Assembly (NCBI GenBank): GCA_964291395.2 | Contig: OZ219856.1 | Coordinates: 192,001 to 256,000, forward strand | Reading direction: 5' to 3' | DNA length: 64,000 bases | Origin: Alphaproteobacteria bacterium | GTDB taxonomy: Bacteria; Pseudomonadota; Alphaproteobacteria; UBA2966 | Shown: positions 31,019 to 42,321 of the stretch, piece after piece | Numbering within the stretch: position 1 is the stretch's first letter | Layout of the letters: each line of letters starts with the position of its first letter | Notes under the pieces: generated by a model | Told to the model about the DNA's origin: nothing | The model's input: the letters and a program-made list of their open reading frames with translations, nothing else | The model's database searches: none | Position numbers and translations under genes: made by a program

Positions 31019-31741
31019 TCAACCTGGGCTTGGACCGCCGGAGAGTCCGCGAGCGGTGGGCTGTTGCGACAATTCCGAAATGTCGGTTCTCAGGACGATG
31101 GTGCTGCCGTCGTCCAGGCGAACCTCCTGAATGAACAGGCGCCGACCGTCACTGAGCACCTGGGAATGCGGGGGCCCGGGGTTGCGGTGCCGCTCGACCC
31201 GCTCGCGCACGAAATCCTCGATCTCCCGGTCCGTTCGATATAGATCGCTTGCCGCCGTGGCGCGGACCATGTCCTCGAACGTCGCGCCCGCAACCATCCG
31301 ATCGGCGACGGCGGGATAGAGACTTTTGTTGGCCGGATTGCACAGGGCCATCCGGTCGGCCCCGTCGTAGACGACCAGGCCCGCGGGAAGGGCTTCGAAG
31401 GTACGGCGCAGCAAATCGGCTTCCGCGCTCGTCGCGCCGCGGCGCCGGAGTGCTATCGCGACGGCCAGCCAGATGGCGACGACGGGACCGGCGCCGCCGA
31501 TCAATCCGCCTCCGGCCGCGCCTGAGCCCCCGACGAACGGGACCAGCACTCCGCCCGTGGCGACCAGACCGAGGACGATGGCGGGCCATCGGCCCGCCGA
31601 CCACAAGGCTCCGAGCACCGCAACGGGATACAGGCAAGCGAGTCCCGGTTGGCCGGGCACGACCGCCTGAAGCGTGAAGACGGCCGCAAGCGCCCCCAGA
31701 CCGACCACGACACCCCGAGTTTCGTGCTTTGTGTCCGACAT
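31019..31741 (-). CDS. membrane protein with PAS domain, no output domain
   Basis: 3-4 TM helices, then FEALPAGLVVYD..LCN..LSDGR..RTDISE. Confidence 0.75.
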   Translation of the reverse strand: MSDTKHETRGVVVGLGALAAVFTLQAVVPGQPGLACLYPVAVLGALWSAGRWPAIVLGLVATGGVLVPFVGGSGAAGGGLIGGAGPVVAIWLAVAIALRRRGATSAEADLLRRTFEALPAGLVVYDGADRMALCNPANKSLYPAVADRMVAGATFEDMVRATAASDLYRTDREIEDFVRERVERHRNPGPPHSQVLSDGRRLFIQEVRLDDGSTIVLRTDISELSQQPTARGLSGGPSPG

Positions 31742-31866
31742 TCGAAAACGTCCCTCGATGACGGCGGCGCCTTGTCATGTTTTGACGGCGTCGGGCATTC
31801 TCGCGCCGCAATCCCCAGCCCGACCTGCACCGGGGAGATGATGAGGCACGCGAGAGAGCCCGTGCA

Positions 31867-34800
31867 ATGAGCGGAAAAGCGGCCGGCGACGGGCGCTGGC
31901 ATTTCTGGATCGACCGTGGCGGCACGTTCACCGACGTCGTCGCCCGTTCGCCGGAAGGACGAATCACGACCCGCAAGCTCCTGTCGGAGAATCCGGAACA
32001 CTACGGGGACGCCGTCCTCCAGGGAATCCGGGATGTCCTCGGGCTCGAACCGGCCGCTCTCCTCCCCCACGGGCGGATCGCCGGTATCAAGATGGGCACC
32101 ACCGTGGCGACCAACGCGCTGCTCGAACGTCGCGGCGATCCCACCGTCTGGGTCACGACGCGTGGATTCGGAGACATGCTGCGGATCGGCTACCAGCAGC
32201 GTCCCGATCTCTTCGCCCTGAACATCGTCTTGCCCGAGCCCGTCCACGACCGGGTGATCGAAGTTGCCGAACGGGTCATGGCGGACGGCACGATCGACGT
32301 ACCGCTCGACGAGGACGGCGCCGAGCGTGAGCTCGAGGCCGCCTTCGAAGCGGGTTACGGATCCGTCGCCATCACGTTCATGCACGGATACCGCTATCCC
32401 GATCATGAACGGCGGATTGCCCGGATCGCCCGGCGCCTCGGCTTTTCCCAGGTTTCCGTGAGCCATGAAGTCAGTCCGCTGATCAAGTTCATCTCGCGGG
32501 GCGATACCACGGTGGTGGACGCCTATCTCTCGCCCATCCTGCGGCGTTACGTCGACACGGTCGCCGCGGACGTCCTGACCGACGGCAGCGGCATGCGGTT
32601 GATGTTCATGCAGTCGAACGGCGGGCTCACGGACAGCAGCATGTTCCAGGGCAAGGATTCGATCCTGTCGGGACCGGCCGGCGGAGTCGTGGGTGCCGCG
32701 CGCACGTCGCGCATGGCGGGCCTGGACAAAATCATCGCCTTCGACATGGGCGGCACGTCGACCGACGTGTCGCACTTCGCCGGCGAGTTCGAGCGCAGCC
32801 TCGAAACGGAGGTCGCGGGCGTCCGAATGCGAGCGCCCATGCTCTACATCCACACGGTCGCCGCGGGCGGTGGCTCGATCCTCCATTTCGACGGCGCGCG
32901 CTACCGGGTCGGCCCCGATTCCGCCGGTGCCGATCCCGGCCCGGCCTGCTACCGGCGGGGCGGTCCGCTGACGATCACCGACTGCAACGTCATGCTGGGG
33001 CGCATCGTGCCGCGGTTCTTCCCGGGCGTGTTCGGCTCGGGACAGGATGAGCCCCTGGACGATCGGGTGGTGGCCGAGAAGTTCACGATTCTCGCTTCCG
33101 AAATCACGGCCGCGACCGGCGACCGGCGCTCCCCCGAAGCGGTGGCGGAAGGATTCCTCACCATCGCCATCGAGAACATGGCGAATGCGATCAAGAAGAT
33201 TTCTCTGCAACGGGGATACGACGTTTCCGAATATGCGCTGTGCTGCTTCGGCGGCGCCGGAGGACAGCACGCCTGCCGCATCGCCGACTCGCTCGGCATG
33301 CGAACCGTGTTCATCCACCCGCACGCCGGCGTCTTGTCCGCTTACGGCATGGGTCTCGCCGATATCGTGGCGATGCGCGAGCGATCCATCGAGACGCGTC
33401 TCGACGAGACGGCGATGGAAAGCCTGACAGGCGTCATCGCTGCATTGGAGGCGGAAGCCGTCGGAGAGTTGCGGGAGCAGATCGGGACGGAGGCGGCGGT
33501 GACCGTCGAGCGCCGGGTCCTGATCCGCTATGACGGTACGGACTCGGCGCTGACCGTGGACTTTGGCGCCGCAACCGAGATGACGACCGCGTTCGAGGCG
33601 CTTCATCGCCAGCGCTATGGGTTCGTCACGCCCGACAAGCCCTTGATCCTCGAAGCCGCCGTCGTCGAGGCACTCGGAGGTGCCGCCGATATCGAGGACC
33701 CACAGATCGACCGGGAAGGGGAGGGTCGAACCGGCGCGTCCGTGCCGAGGATTGCCGAAACATCGGTGTTCATGGACGGCGGACGCCGCACCGTGCCCGT
33801 CGTCGACCGCGCCGGCATGCTTCCGGGCGACATCGTGGAAGGTCCGGCAATCATCGTCGAGCCGCATGGCACCAACGTGGTCGAGGACGGCTGGCAGGCC
33901 CGCCTGACGAACCGGGGTCACCTCATGCTGGACCGGGCGATGCCGGCCGAGGAGTCGGTCCGCCTGCGGACGGCGGCGGATCCGGTCATGCTCGAGGTGT
34001 TCAACAACCTGTTCATGTCGATCGCGGAGCAGATGGGAGCCGCGCTGACCAACACGGCCTATTCGGTCAACATCAAGGAGCGCCGCGACTTCTCGTGCGC
34101 CTTGTTCGATTCCGAGGGCCAACTGGTCGCCAACGCTCCGCACCAGCCGGTGCATCTGGGATCGATGAGCGAGAGCATCGCCGCGGTGATCCGCGGCCGC
34201 CGCGACACCATGCGGCCCGGCGAGGTCTACATGCTGAATGCGCCCTACAACGGCGGAACCCATCTTCCCGACGTCACGGTGGTGCGGCCGGTCTTCGACG
34301 ACGCGGGACAACAGGTGATCTTCTACGTGGGGGCCCGCGCTCACCACGCCGACATCGGCGGCCTGACGCCCGGTTCCGTGCCGCCCGACTCGCGCGTCGT
34401 CGAAGAGGAGGGCGTCCTGATCGACGACTTCCTGGTGGTGGAGAACGGCGTGTTGCGCGAGCGGGAGACGCGGGATCTGTTCGCTTCGGGCCGGTACCCG
34501 TCTCGGAACGTCGATCAGAACCTGGCCGATCTCACGGCGCAGATCGCCGCGTGCGAGACGGGTGTCCGGGAACTCGCGCGGATGGTCCGTCACTACGGTC
34601 TCGACGTCGTGCGGGCCTACATGGGGCACGTGCAGGACAACGCGGAAGAGCTGGTACGCCAGGTGCTGGGTGTGCTCGCCGGCGGCGAGTTCGCGTACCC
34701 GATGGACAACGGCGCCGAGATTCGCGTGCGCATCGACGTCGACCGCGGGGCGCGCCGGGCGACCGTCGATTTCACCGGCACGTCGCCGCAGCAGCCCAAC

Positions 34801-35526
34801 AACTTCAACGCGCCGACGGCCGTCTGCAAGGCTGCCGTGCTGTACGTGTTCCGCTCGCTGATCGATGACGACATCCCGCTGAACGCCGGGTGCCTCAAGC
34901 CGCTCGACATCATCGTGCCGGAGCGCTCGATGCTGGCCCCGGAATACCCTGCCGCGGTGGTCGCCGGGAACGTCGAGACCTCGCAATACGTCACCGACAC
35001 CTTGTTCGGCGCGCTCGGCACCTTGGCCGCGTCACAGGGGACCATGAACAACGTCACCTTCGGAGACGGCACCTGGCAGTATTACGAGACCAATGCCGGA
35101 GGCGCCGGGGCGGGCCCCGGCTTCGACGGCGCCTCGGTCGTCCAGACCCACATGACCAACGGCCGACTGGCGGATCCCGAAATGCTCGAATGGCGATTCC
35201 CGGTCCTCGTCGAATGCCTGCGCATCCGTAACGGCTCGGGCGGTCGCGGTCGCTACGTCGGCGGAGACGGGTCCCACCGAAGGTTACGCTTCCTGCGGGA
35301 CATGACGGGAGCCATCGTGTCGTGCCATCGAAAGGTTCCGCCTTACGGCATGGCGGGGGGCGAGCCCGGCGAAGTCGGCAGGACGTGGGTGGAGCGCACC
35401 GACGGGACCACCGTCGAGCTGGAGGGCTGCGACCAGGTCGAGATGACCGCGGGTGACGTCTTCGTGCTCGACACGCCGTCGGGCGGCGGCTATGGGCCGC
35501 CCGCGGAGCGCTCACCTCCGCAATAG
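31867..35526 (+). CDS. oplA: 5-oxoprolinase (fused hydantoinase A/B)
   Basis: [44 protein letters not shown]. Confidence 0.9.
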   Translation: MSGKAAGDGRWHFWIDRGGTFTDVVARSPEGRITTRKLLSENPEHYGDAVLQGIRDVLGLEPAALLPHGRIAGIKMGTTVATNALLERRGDPTVWVTTRGFGDMLRIGYQQRPDLFALNIVLPEPVHDRVIEVAERVMADGTIDVPLDEDGAERELEAAFEAGYGSVAITFMHGYRYPDHERRIARIARRLGFSQVSVSHEVSPLIKFISRGDTTVVDAYLSPILRRYVDTVAADVLTDGSGMRLMFMQSNGGLTDSSMFQGKDSILSGPAGGVVGAARTSRMAGLDKIIAFDMGGTSTDVSHFAGEFERSLETEVAGVRMRAPMLYIHTVAAGGGSILHFDGARYRVGPDSAGADPGPACYRRGGPLTITDCNVMLGRIVPRFFPGVFGSGQDEPLDDRVVAEKFTILASEITAATGDRRSPEAVAEGFLTIAIENMANAIKKISLQRGYDVSEYALCCFGGAGGQHACRIADSLGMRTVFIHPHAGVLSAYGMGLADIVAMRERSIETRLDETAMESLTGVIAALEAEAVGELREQIGTEAAVTVERRVLIRYDGTDSALTVDFGAATEMTTAFEALHRQRYGFVTPDKPLILEAAVVEALGGAADIEDPQIDREGEGRTGASVPRIAETSVFMDGGRRTVPVVDRAGMLPGDIVEGPAIIVEPHGTNVVEDGWQARLTNRGHLMLDRAMPAEESVRLRTAADPVMLEVFNNLFMSIAEQMGAALTNTAYSVNIKERRDFSCALFDSEGQLVANAPHQPVHLGSMSESIAAVIRGRRDTMRPGEVYMLNAPYNGGTHLPDVTVVRPVFDDAGQQVIFYVGARAHHADIGGLTPGSVPPDSRVVEEEGVLIDDFLVVENGVLRERETRDLFASGRYPSRNVDQNLADLTAQIAACETGVRELARMVRHYGLDVVRAYMGHVQDNAEELVRQVLGVLAGGEFAYPMDNGAEIRVRIDVDRGARRATVDFTGTSPQQPNNFNAPTAVCKAAVLYVFRSLIDDDIPLNAGCLKPLDIIVPERSMLAPEYPAAVVAGNVETSQYVTDTLFGALGTLAASQGTMNNVTFGDGTWQYYETNAGGAGAGPGFDGASVVQTHMTNGRLADPEMLEWRFPVLVECLRIRNGSGGRGRYVGGDGSHRRLRFLRDMTGAIVSCHRKVPPYGMAGGEPGEVGRTWVERTDGTTVELEGCDQVEMTAGDVFVLDTPSGGGYGPPAERSPPQ

Positions 35527-35563
35527 CCGCGGCCGGTCGGCGTGCCGAGCCGGTTCGCCGGGG

Positions 35564-36547
<984 letters not shown>

Positions 36548-36744
36548 TCGAAGCTCCTGTGGGTTGGGCGGCGGCGCAGGGTGTCACAGGGGCCGGGTTC
36601 CGCTCAAGCGGAGGCGAGTCGGAAGGTTCTCTCGACTCATGGACCGCAGGGACCGGTCCGGCCGGATGGACTCCATCGATTTGAGTCGCGGGCCTGCAAC
36701 TCCCGAGACCGACATGCGCTCGTTCGGGAAACCGTGCGATGCGT

Positions 36745-36774
36745 GACTAGGCGAGACTAGGCGAGACTAGCCGA
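36745..36774. repeat. 10-bp tandem repeat x3 (GACTAGSCGA)
   Basis: gactaggcga-gactaggcga-gactagccga. Confidence 0.8.
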
Positions 36775-37114
36775 GTCGGCGCCGTCGCTCCGCCTCATGC
36801 GAAATCTCCCATGGGTGAATGGGCGGACGCGAGAGGAAACGCCCGTCTCTTGGCGTTCCGCCCCCCGTTTCCGTGCCCCGCCCCGGCCTCTGCGCAGAGC
36901 GCAGGCGGTCGACGCGGCGCATGCGCGCGCATGTCATGTACTCGACGCGAAGACGTCGTTCGTAGCCGTAGTCGAGCCTAGGGCCGCACAGGGTGTGTCT
37001 CGGCGAGTGCCTGTTGCAGCCGGTCGAGATGGACCACACGTCGATCACCGTCGACCCGGTCCGGAAAGATGCGGCGCAGTCCGAAGCCGCTTTGAGCGGT
37101 GCTTCGCGCGCTCG

Positions 37115-37320
37115 ATCCGAGCAGTGGGTCGCGTCCTGCGGAACTGTCTCCAGCGTCCGGGTCACCACCTCGACAATCTTGTCGTCGCCGATCTTACGGG
37201 GAGCGCCGGGTCGTGGCTCGTCGTCGAGGCCCTCAAAGAAGCGGCGCCGCAGGTGCCGACGGTCAGCCGCGACACGCCCAGCTTCTCCGCAATCGCCGTG
37301 TTGCTTAGCCCCTCCGTCGC
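37115..37320 (-). mobile_element. IS630-family transposase remnant (N-terminal HTH region)
   Basis: Minus strand reads EGLSNTAIAEKLGVSRLTVGT.RRRFFEGLDDEPRPGAPRKIGDDKIVEVVTRTLETVPQDATH; no DDE domain follows. Confidence 0.8.
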
Positions 37321-37498
37321 CCGGGTGGGCGGCTTAGCCGCGGGTAGGTCTCTCCCGCCATATTGCCGTCATTTTTCTACGAAGAATAACGGCAATATGG
37401 CGGGCATCGGCGAGTCAATGACGCGACCCGGACGCCTCGGAGTGATGACAGGTGAACGGGTTCTGCGTTAGCGTTCCAGGGGCGGTGCGGAATCTCAA

Positions 37499-38284
37499 AT
37501 GAAGTTGTCTGACGCGCAGATCGAACGGTTCGAGAACGACGGGTTCCTCGTCCTGCCGTCCGTGTTCACGCATGACGAGGTCGACGCGCTGAAATCGGAC
37601 CTGCCGCGACTGTTCGCCGAACGCCGGCCGGAAAACTTCAGGGAGAAGGAGAGCGACGCCGTGCGCACGGCGATGGCCCTGCACCAGCGCAGCGACGTCT
37701 ACGCGCGTCTGGTGCGCCACCCGCGCCTCGTGGAGCCTGCGAAACAAATCCTCGGCGATGACCTCTACATCCAGCAGGTCAAGGTGAACGCCAAGGAGGC
37801 CTTCTCCGGCGACGTCTGGCAATGGCACTACGACTTCGCCACCCATCACGAGGAGGACGGCGTGCCGGAGCCGCTGGCGCTCAATCTCCATATCCTTCTC
37901 GACGAGGTAACCGAGTTCAACGGACCCCTCGTGTTCATTCGCGGCTCGCACCGGCGTGGTCCCGTGCCCGCGGCCTTGGACACCGAGACGACCAGCTACC
38001 CGCTCTGGGTCGTCGATCGCGAGGCCGTGGCCGAGCTGGTGGCGGAGGGCGGCCTGGTCTCGGCCAAGGGGCCGCCCGGCACGGTGCTCATTTTCGGCGA
38101 CACGCTGGTGCACGGCTCGTCGATCAACATGTCACCCTGGCCGCGCACGATCTTCTCCCTGATTCTCAATCCCGTGTCCAACGCCTTGACCCGCTACCGA
38201 CGACCGGAGCACCAGCACCATCGGGACCTCGGCGCGGTGGTGCCGCTCGCCGACGACTGCCTGATCGCGGGGGCGGCCGCGTGA
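37499..38284 (+). CDS. Fe(II)/2-oxoglutarate dioxygenase, PhyH family (EctD/proline hydroxylase-related)
   Basis: WQWHYDF (HxD), NGPL, VHGS..N.SP.PR. Confidence 0.9.
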   Translation: MKLSDAQIERFENDGFLVLPSVFTHDEVDALKSDLPRLFAERRPENFREKESDAVRTAMALHQRSDVYARLVRHPRLVEPAKQILGDDLYIQQVKVNAKEAFSGDVWQWHYDFATHHEEDGVPEPLALNLHILLDEVTEFNGPLVFIRGSHRRGPVPAALDTETTSYPLWVVDREAVAELVAEGGLVSAKGPPGTVLIFGDTLVHGSSINMSPWPRTIFSLILNPVSNALTRYRRPEHQHHRDLGAVVPLADDCLIAGAAA

Positions 38285-39564
38285 GCGAGCCCCACGCCGG
38301 CTACTTCAGCGCATCGTTGGCGGAGGCGGATTCGGAGGTGGCCGCGGCCATCGCCGGCGAGGCGGCCCGCCAGAACGACCAGATCGAGCTGATCGCCTCC
38401 GAGAACATCGTCAGCCGGGCGGTGCTGGAAGCCCAGGGTTCGATACTCGCCAACAGGACCGTCGAGGGGTACCCGGACGGGCGCTATCACGGCGGGGCGG
38501 CGAACGTCGATGTCATCGAAAAGCTGGCGGTGGACCGCGCGCGCCGGTTGTTCGGCTGCGCGTTCGCCAACGTGCAGCCCCACTCGGGGAGCCAGGCCAA
38601 TCACGCCGTCCTCCTGGCCCTCGTCAAGCCCGGCGAGGCCCTTCTCGGCATGGATCTGGCGGCGGGCGGACACCTGAGTCACGGGGCGGGGGCCAACCTT
38701 TCCGGCAAATGGTTCGACGCCCGGCACTACGGCGTGCGGCGCCAGGACGGGCTGATCGACTACGACGAGGTGGAGCGCCTGGCCGCCGAGCACCAGCCCA
38801 AGCTGATCATTGCCGGCGGTTCGGCCTACCCGCGCGTCATCGATTTCGGACGGTTCCGCGCGATCGCCGACGACTGCGGTGCTTCCCTTCTCGTCGACAT
38901 GGCGCACTTCGCCGGGCTCGTGGCCGGCGGCGTGCACCCGAACCCCGTGCCCTACGCCGACGTGGTGACCACGACGACTTACAAGAGTCTGCGCGGCGCC
39001 CGGGGTGGACTGATCCTGACCGACGACCCAGCGCTTGCGCGGAAGCTCGATTCCGCGATGTTCCCCGGACTCCAAGGCAGCCCGCTGTTGCATGCCGTCG
39101 CCGCGAAGGCGGTGTGTCTCGGCGAGGCGTTGCGGCCGGAATTCAAGGACTACGCGAAACGCGTGCTGGAGAACGCCCGCGCCCTGGCGGACGCGCTCAT
39201 CGCGGGCGGTCTCTCCCTGGTGAGCGGCGGCACGGACACGCCGCTCATGCTGGTCGACTTGCGGCCCCTCGAGCTTACGGGAGATGCGGCGAGCGCCAGT
39301 CTGGAGCGGGCCGGCCTCACCGCCAACAAGAACGCGATCCCGTTCGATCCGAAGCCGCCGACGGTGACGTCGGGCCTGCGCCTCGGCTCCTCGGCCGGTA
39401 CGACGCGGGGTTTCGGGACGGCGGAGTTCAAGCTGATCGGGGAGACCATCGTCGAGGTCTTGAAGGGTTTGCGGACGTCGCCGGACGACAACGGTGCCGT
39501 CGAAGCCGCCGCGCTCTCCCGCATCGGCGCCTTGAGCCGATCCTTCCCGATCTATACGGCGTGA
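38281..39564 (+). CDS. glyA: serine hydroxymethyltransferase paralogue (alpha-methylserine hydroxymethyltransferase-like)
   Basis: ELIASEN, NVQPHSG, GGHLSHG, DMAH, GLRLG; variant motifs RTVEGY..RYHGG and TTTTYKS; GTGA overlap with upstream gene. Confidence 0.88.
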   Translation: MSEPHAGYFSASLAEADSEVAAAIAGEAARQNDQIELIASENIVSRAVLEAQGSILANRTVEGYPDGRYHGGAANVDVIEKLAVDRARRLFGCAFANVQPHSGSQANHAVLLALVKPGEALLGMDLAAGGHLSHGAGANLSGKWFDARHYGVRRQDGLIDYDEVERLAAEHQPKLIIAGGSAYPRVIDFGRFRAIADDCGASLLVDMAHFAGLVAGGVHPNPVPYADVVTTTTYKSLRGARGGLILTDDPALARKLDSAMFPGLQGSPLLHAVAAKAVCLGEALRPEFKDYAKRVLENARALADALIAGGLSLVSGGTDTPLMLVDLRPLELTGDAASASLERAGLTANKNAIPFDPKPPTVTSGLRLGSSAGTTRGFGTAEFKLIGETIVEVLKGLRTSPDDNGAVEAAALSRIGALSRSFPIYTA

Positions 39565-39653
39565 CGGCGCGAGGCCCGTGAAATTCGCCGGGGATCGCGG
39601 TCCTGCCGCTCCGCTCGCAGCTCGGACACTTCATGCTCGGCATCACCCGGAGG

Positions 39654-40238
39654 TCAGTCCTGCGAAGGCCTTCCCAGGATGTCCGTGACGGAAACGACCT
39701 TCGCGAATCGCGTGCCCATCGTGCGCAGCGAAGGTTCGTGCATGTCGCCCATGCGGGCACCCGTGGCCTCGCGCGGGATCACGACGCGGTAGTCGAGGCT
39801 GTCGGCGTCGCGCACCGTCGACTCGACGGCCCAGTTGGTCGACGTGCCGACGACGATCAGGCGCTCCACACCCAGGCCGCGCAGCACCCAGTCGAGATCC
39901 GTGCCGAAGAACGCGCTCGGACGTTTCTTCGTGATGACGATGTCGTGGTCCCGCCGCCCCACGTCATCGCAGATGTCGGCGCCCCAGCTTCCGTCGACGA
40001 GACGGCCGGCCATCTCGTCCGCCGACTCGCGGACCGACAGGGGGGCGTCGATGTAGCCCGGCCGGAAGGCCATGCGGATCCAGATCACCGGGATGTCCCG
40101 ACCGTGCGCCCAATCGACCATGGTACGAACGGCGGCGAGGAGCCCCTCGGCCACCTTGGGCAGATCACCGCCGAGCGTGCCCTTCGGATCGAGCACTTCC
40201 TTCTGGACGTCGACGACGAGAAGAGCGTCTTGCGGCAT
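39654..40238 (-). CDS. isochorismatase/cysteine hydrolase family protein
   Basis: ALLVVDVQ, KKRPSAF.GTDL, STNWAVESTVRDA (Ala at the usual catalytic Cys position). Confidence 0.88.
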   Translation of the reverse strand: MPQDALLVVDVQKEVLDPKGTLGGDLPKVAEGLLAAVRTMVDWAHGRDIPVIWIRMAFRPGYIDAPLSVRESADEMAGRLVDGSWGADICDDVGRRDHDIVITKKRPSAFFGTDLDWVLRGLGVERLIVVGTSTNWAVESTVRDADSLDYRVVIPREATGARMGDMHEPSLRTMGTRFAKVVSVTDILGRPSQD

Positions 40239-40279
40239 CTGATTTCCTTCACAATCCGGCGCGGGCATGAGGCCCCACG

Positions 40280-41377
40280 CTACAGGACCTGCTCGGAGCG
40301 GGCCGGCCGAGTTTGCGCCTGTCCGGATGCGTCCCTCGGCATTTCTTCGAGAACCGCCCGCACCGCATCCGCGGCTTCCTCTACGTCGGCGCTGGACACG
40401 TCGAGATGCGTCACGGCCCTGAGCCGGCGCTGCGAGACGGCGGTGATGCGTACGCCCCGTTCCTCCAGTCCCGTCTGCATGGCCGGTGCGGAGATGCCGC
40501 TTCGGGATACGTCGAAGAAGATCATGTTGGTCTGCACGGTGTCGAGGTCGACGGAGATTCCCGGCAAGTTGGCCACTCGTTCCGCGAACACGCGCGCGTT
40601 CGCGTGATCCTCCGCCATGCGGTCCACATGGTTCTCCAGGGCGTACAGGCCGGCGGCGGCGATGACGCCTGACTGGCGCATCGCACCGCCGAGACGCTGT
40701 TTCCACCGCCAGATTTCGTGGATAAATTCAGTCGACCCTGCGAGAACCCCGCCGATGGGACAGCCGAGGCCCTTGCTGAGGTCGATCCACACCGAATCGA
40801 ACGGCGCGGCTTGATGCCCGGCCGGCACGCCCGTCGCGACCACGGCGTTCATCAGCCTGGCGCCGTCCATGTGAAGGGCGAGATCGTGTTTCCTGGCCAC
40901 TTCGGCCACGGCCCGAATCGTCCCGAGCGGCCACACCGTCCCCCCGCCCGCGTTCGACGTTTGCTCCACTTCGACCAGTCGGCTGCTCGGCGCGTGACGT
41001 CTGGACGGTCGGATGGCCTCCTCAAGTTGGTCTGGGCCGTAGATGCCGTTCCGGCCGTCGAGCGGCCGGACCATCGCCCCGAACATGGCGAGCGCGCCGG
41101 ACTCGGCGTTGATGATGTGCGACGTGCGATCGCAGATGATTTCGTCACCGGTGCGGCAGTGGACGGCGATCGCGGCGATGTTGCACATGGTGCCCGAGGG
41201 CATGAGGACGGCCGCTTCCTTGCCGAGCAGCTCCGCCACCGTTTCACCGAGTCTGATGGTCGTGGGGTCCGTCATCGACTGCTCGTCACCCAACTCCGCG
41301 GCCATCATGGCTTCCTTCATGCCCGGCGTCGGCCGGGACTGGGTATCGCTGTGCATGTTGATGTGAATGTCAGCCAT
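40280..41377 (-). CDS. low-specificity L-threonine aldolase family protein
   Basis: SDT, PSGTMCN, HMDGAR, LSKGLGCPIG, GGAMRQSG. Confidence 0.92.
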   Translation of the reverse strand: MADIHINMHSDTQSRPTPGMKEAMMAAELGDEQSMTDPTTIRLGETVAELLGKEAAVLMPSGTMCNIAAIAVHCRTGDEIICDRTSHIINAESGALAMFGAMVRPLDGRNGIYGPDQLEEAIRPSRRHAPSSRLVEVEQTSNAGGGTVWPLGTIRAVAEVARKHDLALHMDGARLMNAVVATGVPAGHQAAPFDSVWIDLSKGLGCPIGGVLAGSTEFIHEIWRWKQRLGGAMRQSGVIAAAGLYALENHVDRMAEDHANARVFAERVANLPGISVDLDTVQTNMIFFDVSRSGISAPAMQTGLEERGVRITAVSQRRLRAVTHLDVSSADVEEAADAVRAVLEEMPRDASGQAQTRPARSEQVL

Positions 41378-41676
41378 CGTCAGATCCCTTCGGCTTCCGC
41401 CTCCGCCGGTCTTCGTAAGTCTGTCGGCGAGAAGGTACAAACGTAAGCGATCGACGTATTTTGGCAAACAGTGCGGCGGGGTTGGGGTGGGATCGGTCTC
41501 CTCGTACATCGGCTCGAGGCTGCGCGAATGATCTTCTGGGCTGGCTGGTCGTCATCCCTCCGTCAACTGCACCGACTTGTCCAACGGCGTCCAACGGCGC
41601 GGCAGCAATGGCGATCCCTGCCACGATCAACACCCTGCGATGACGGGCGTCCTTAAGCGGGAATCTCGCCCTCCGT

Positions 41677-42225
41677 CTACTCAGATAGGAAGTCCTTCAC
41701 CTCGGAGATCGCCTTCTCGACTTCCATTTCGGAATACTTGGGCTTCAGAGCCATCACATGCTTGGCAAGTTTCCTGTCGTCTTCAAATTCGTCCTGCGGC
41801 GCGTGTCGGCGCAGATAGGTGATCGTAGAAACGAGCTCCAGGCCTTTCGCCGTTCTATTCCCGAAAGCCGCCAATACTTCGTCGATGGCTGCCCGGTTTT
41901 GCTTCAAAAACTCTCGCCCCTTCCCGATCATTCGTTCAGTGTGCTTGCCGGGTTCGATCAGGTAATGGTTGTCCCGACTGTCATAACGAATCGTCGCGCC
42001 ACTGCTGTTTGCAATTACATCCAAATCACCGGCGAGACTGATCGAATACGGCCCATAGGTATAGAAGGAAAAACGATAGCCCGTATCGACGCCTCCCAAT
42101 TCCTGGATGAGATGCACTTTCTTCTGAAGCGCCTTCTTTCCGAGCTGCTGGCGGTGCCGCTTGGCTTGGTCGATCAGAAATGCGACCAGAGCATATTGAT
42201 CGATCTTTCCCGTTATTCCTGTCAT
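41677..42225 (-). CDS. YwgA/Panacea (DUF4065)-like protein
   Basis: GKKALQKKVHLIQ..YRFSFYTYGPYS..L..DL..LELVSTI; lower GC. Confidence 0.7.
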   Translation of the reverse strand: MTGITGKIDQYALVAFLIDQAKRHRQQLGKKALQKKVHLIQELGGVDTGYRFSFYTYGPYSISLAGDLDVIANSSGATIRYDSRDNHYLIEPGKHTERMIGKGREFLKQNRAAIDEVLAAFGNRTAKGLELVSTITYLRRHAPQDEFEDDRKLAKHVMALKPKYSEMEVEKAISEVKDFLSE

Positions 42226-42321
42226 GATGAGTCCCCTAAATTCTCCGTCCATGTCGGACGGTCGCCTCGGCATCCCGGCGATTTCCCTCTGGCACGTAGA
42301 GTCGGCGCTGGTTGACTCTGA

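Noticed and set aside
31501-34986. Very long antisense ORFs (also 9041..10915, 10684..12891, 26613..28595, 53985..55763)
   Set aside because: Shadows of well-supported genes on the opposite strand, expected at high GC
37499-38284. Calling this gene ectD
   Set aside because: Signature differs from FxWHSDFETWH and no ectABC genes are nearby
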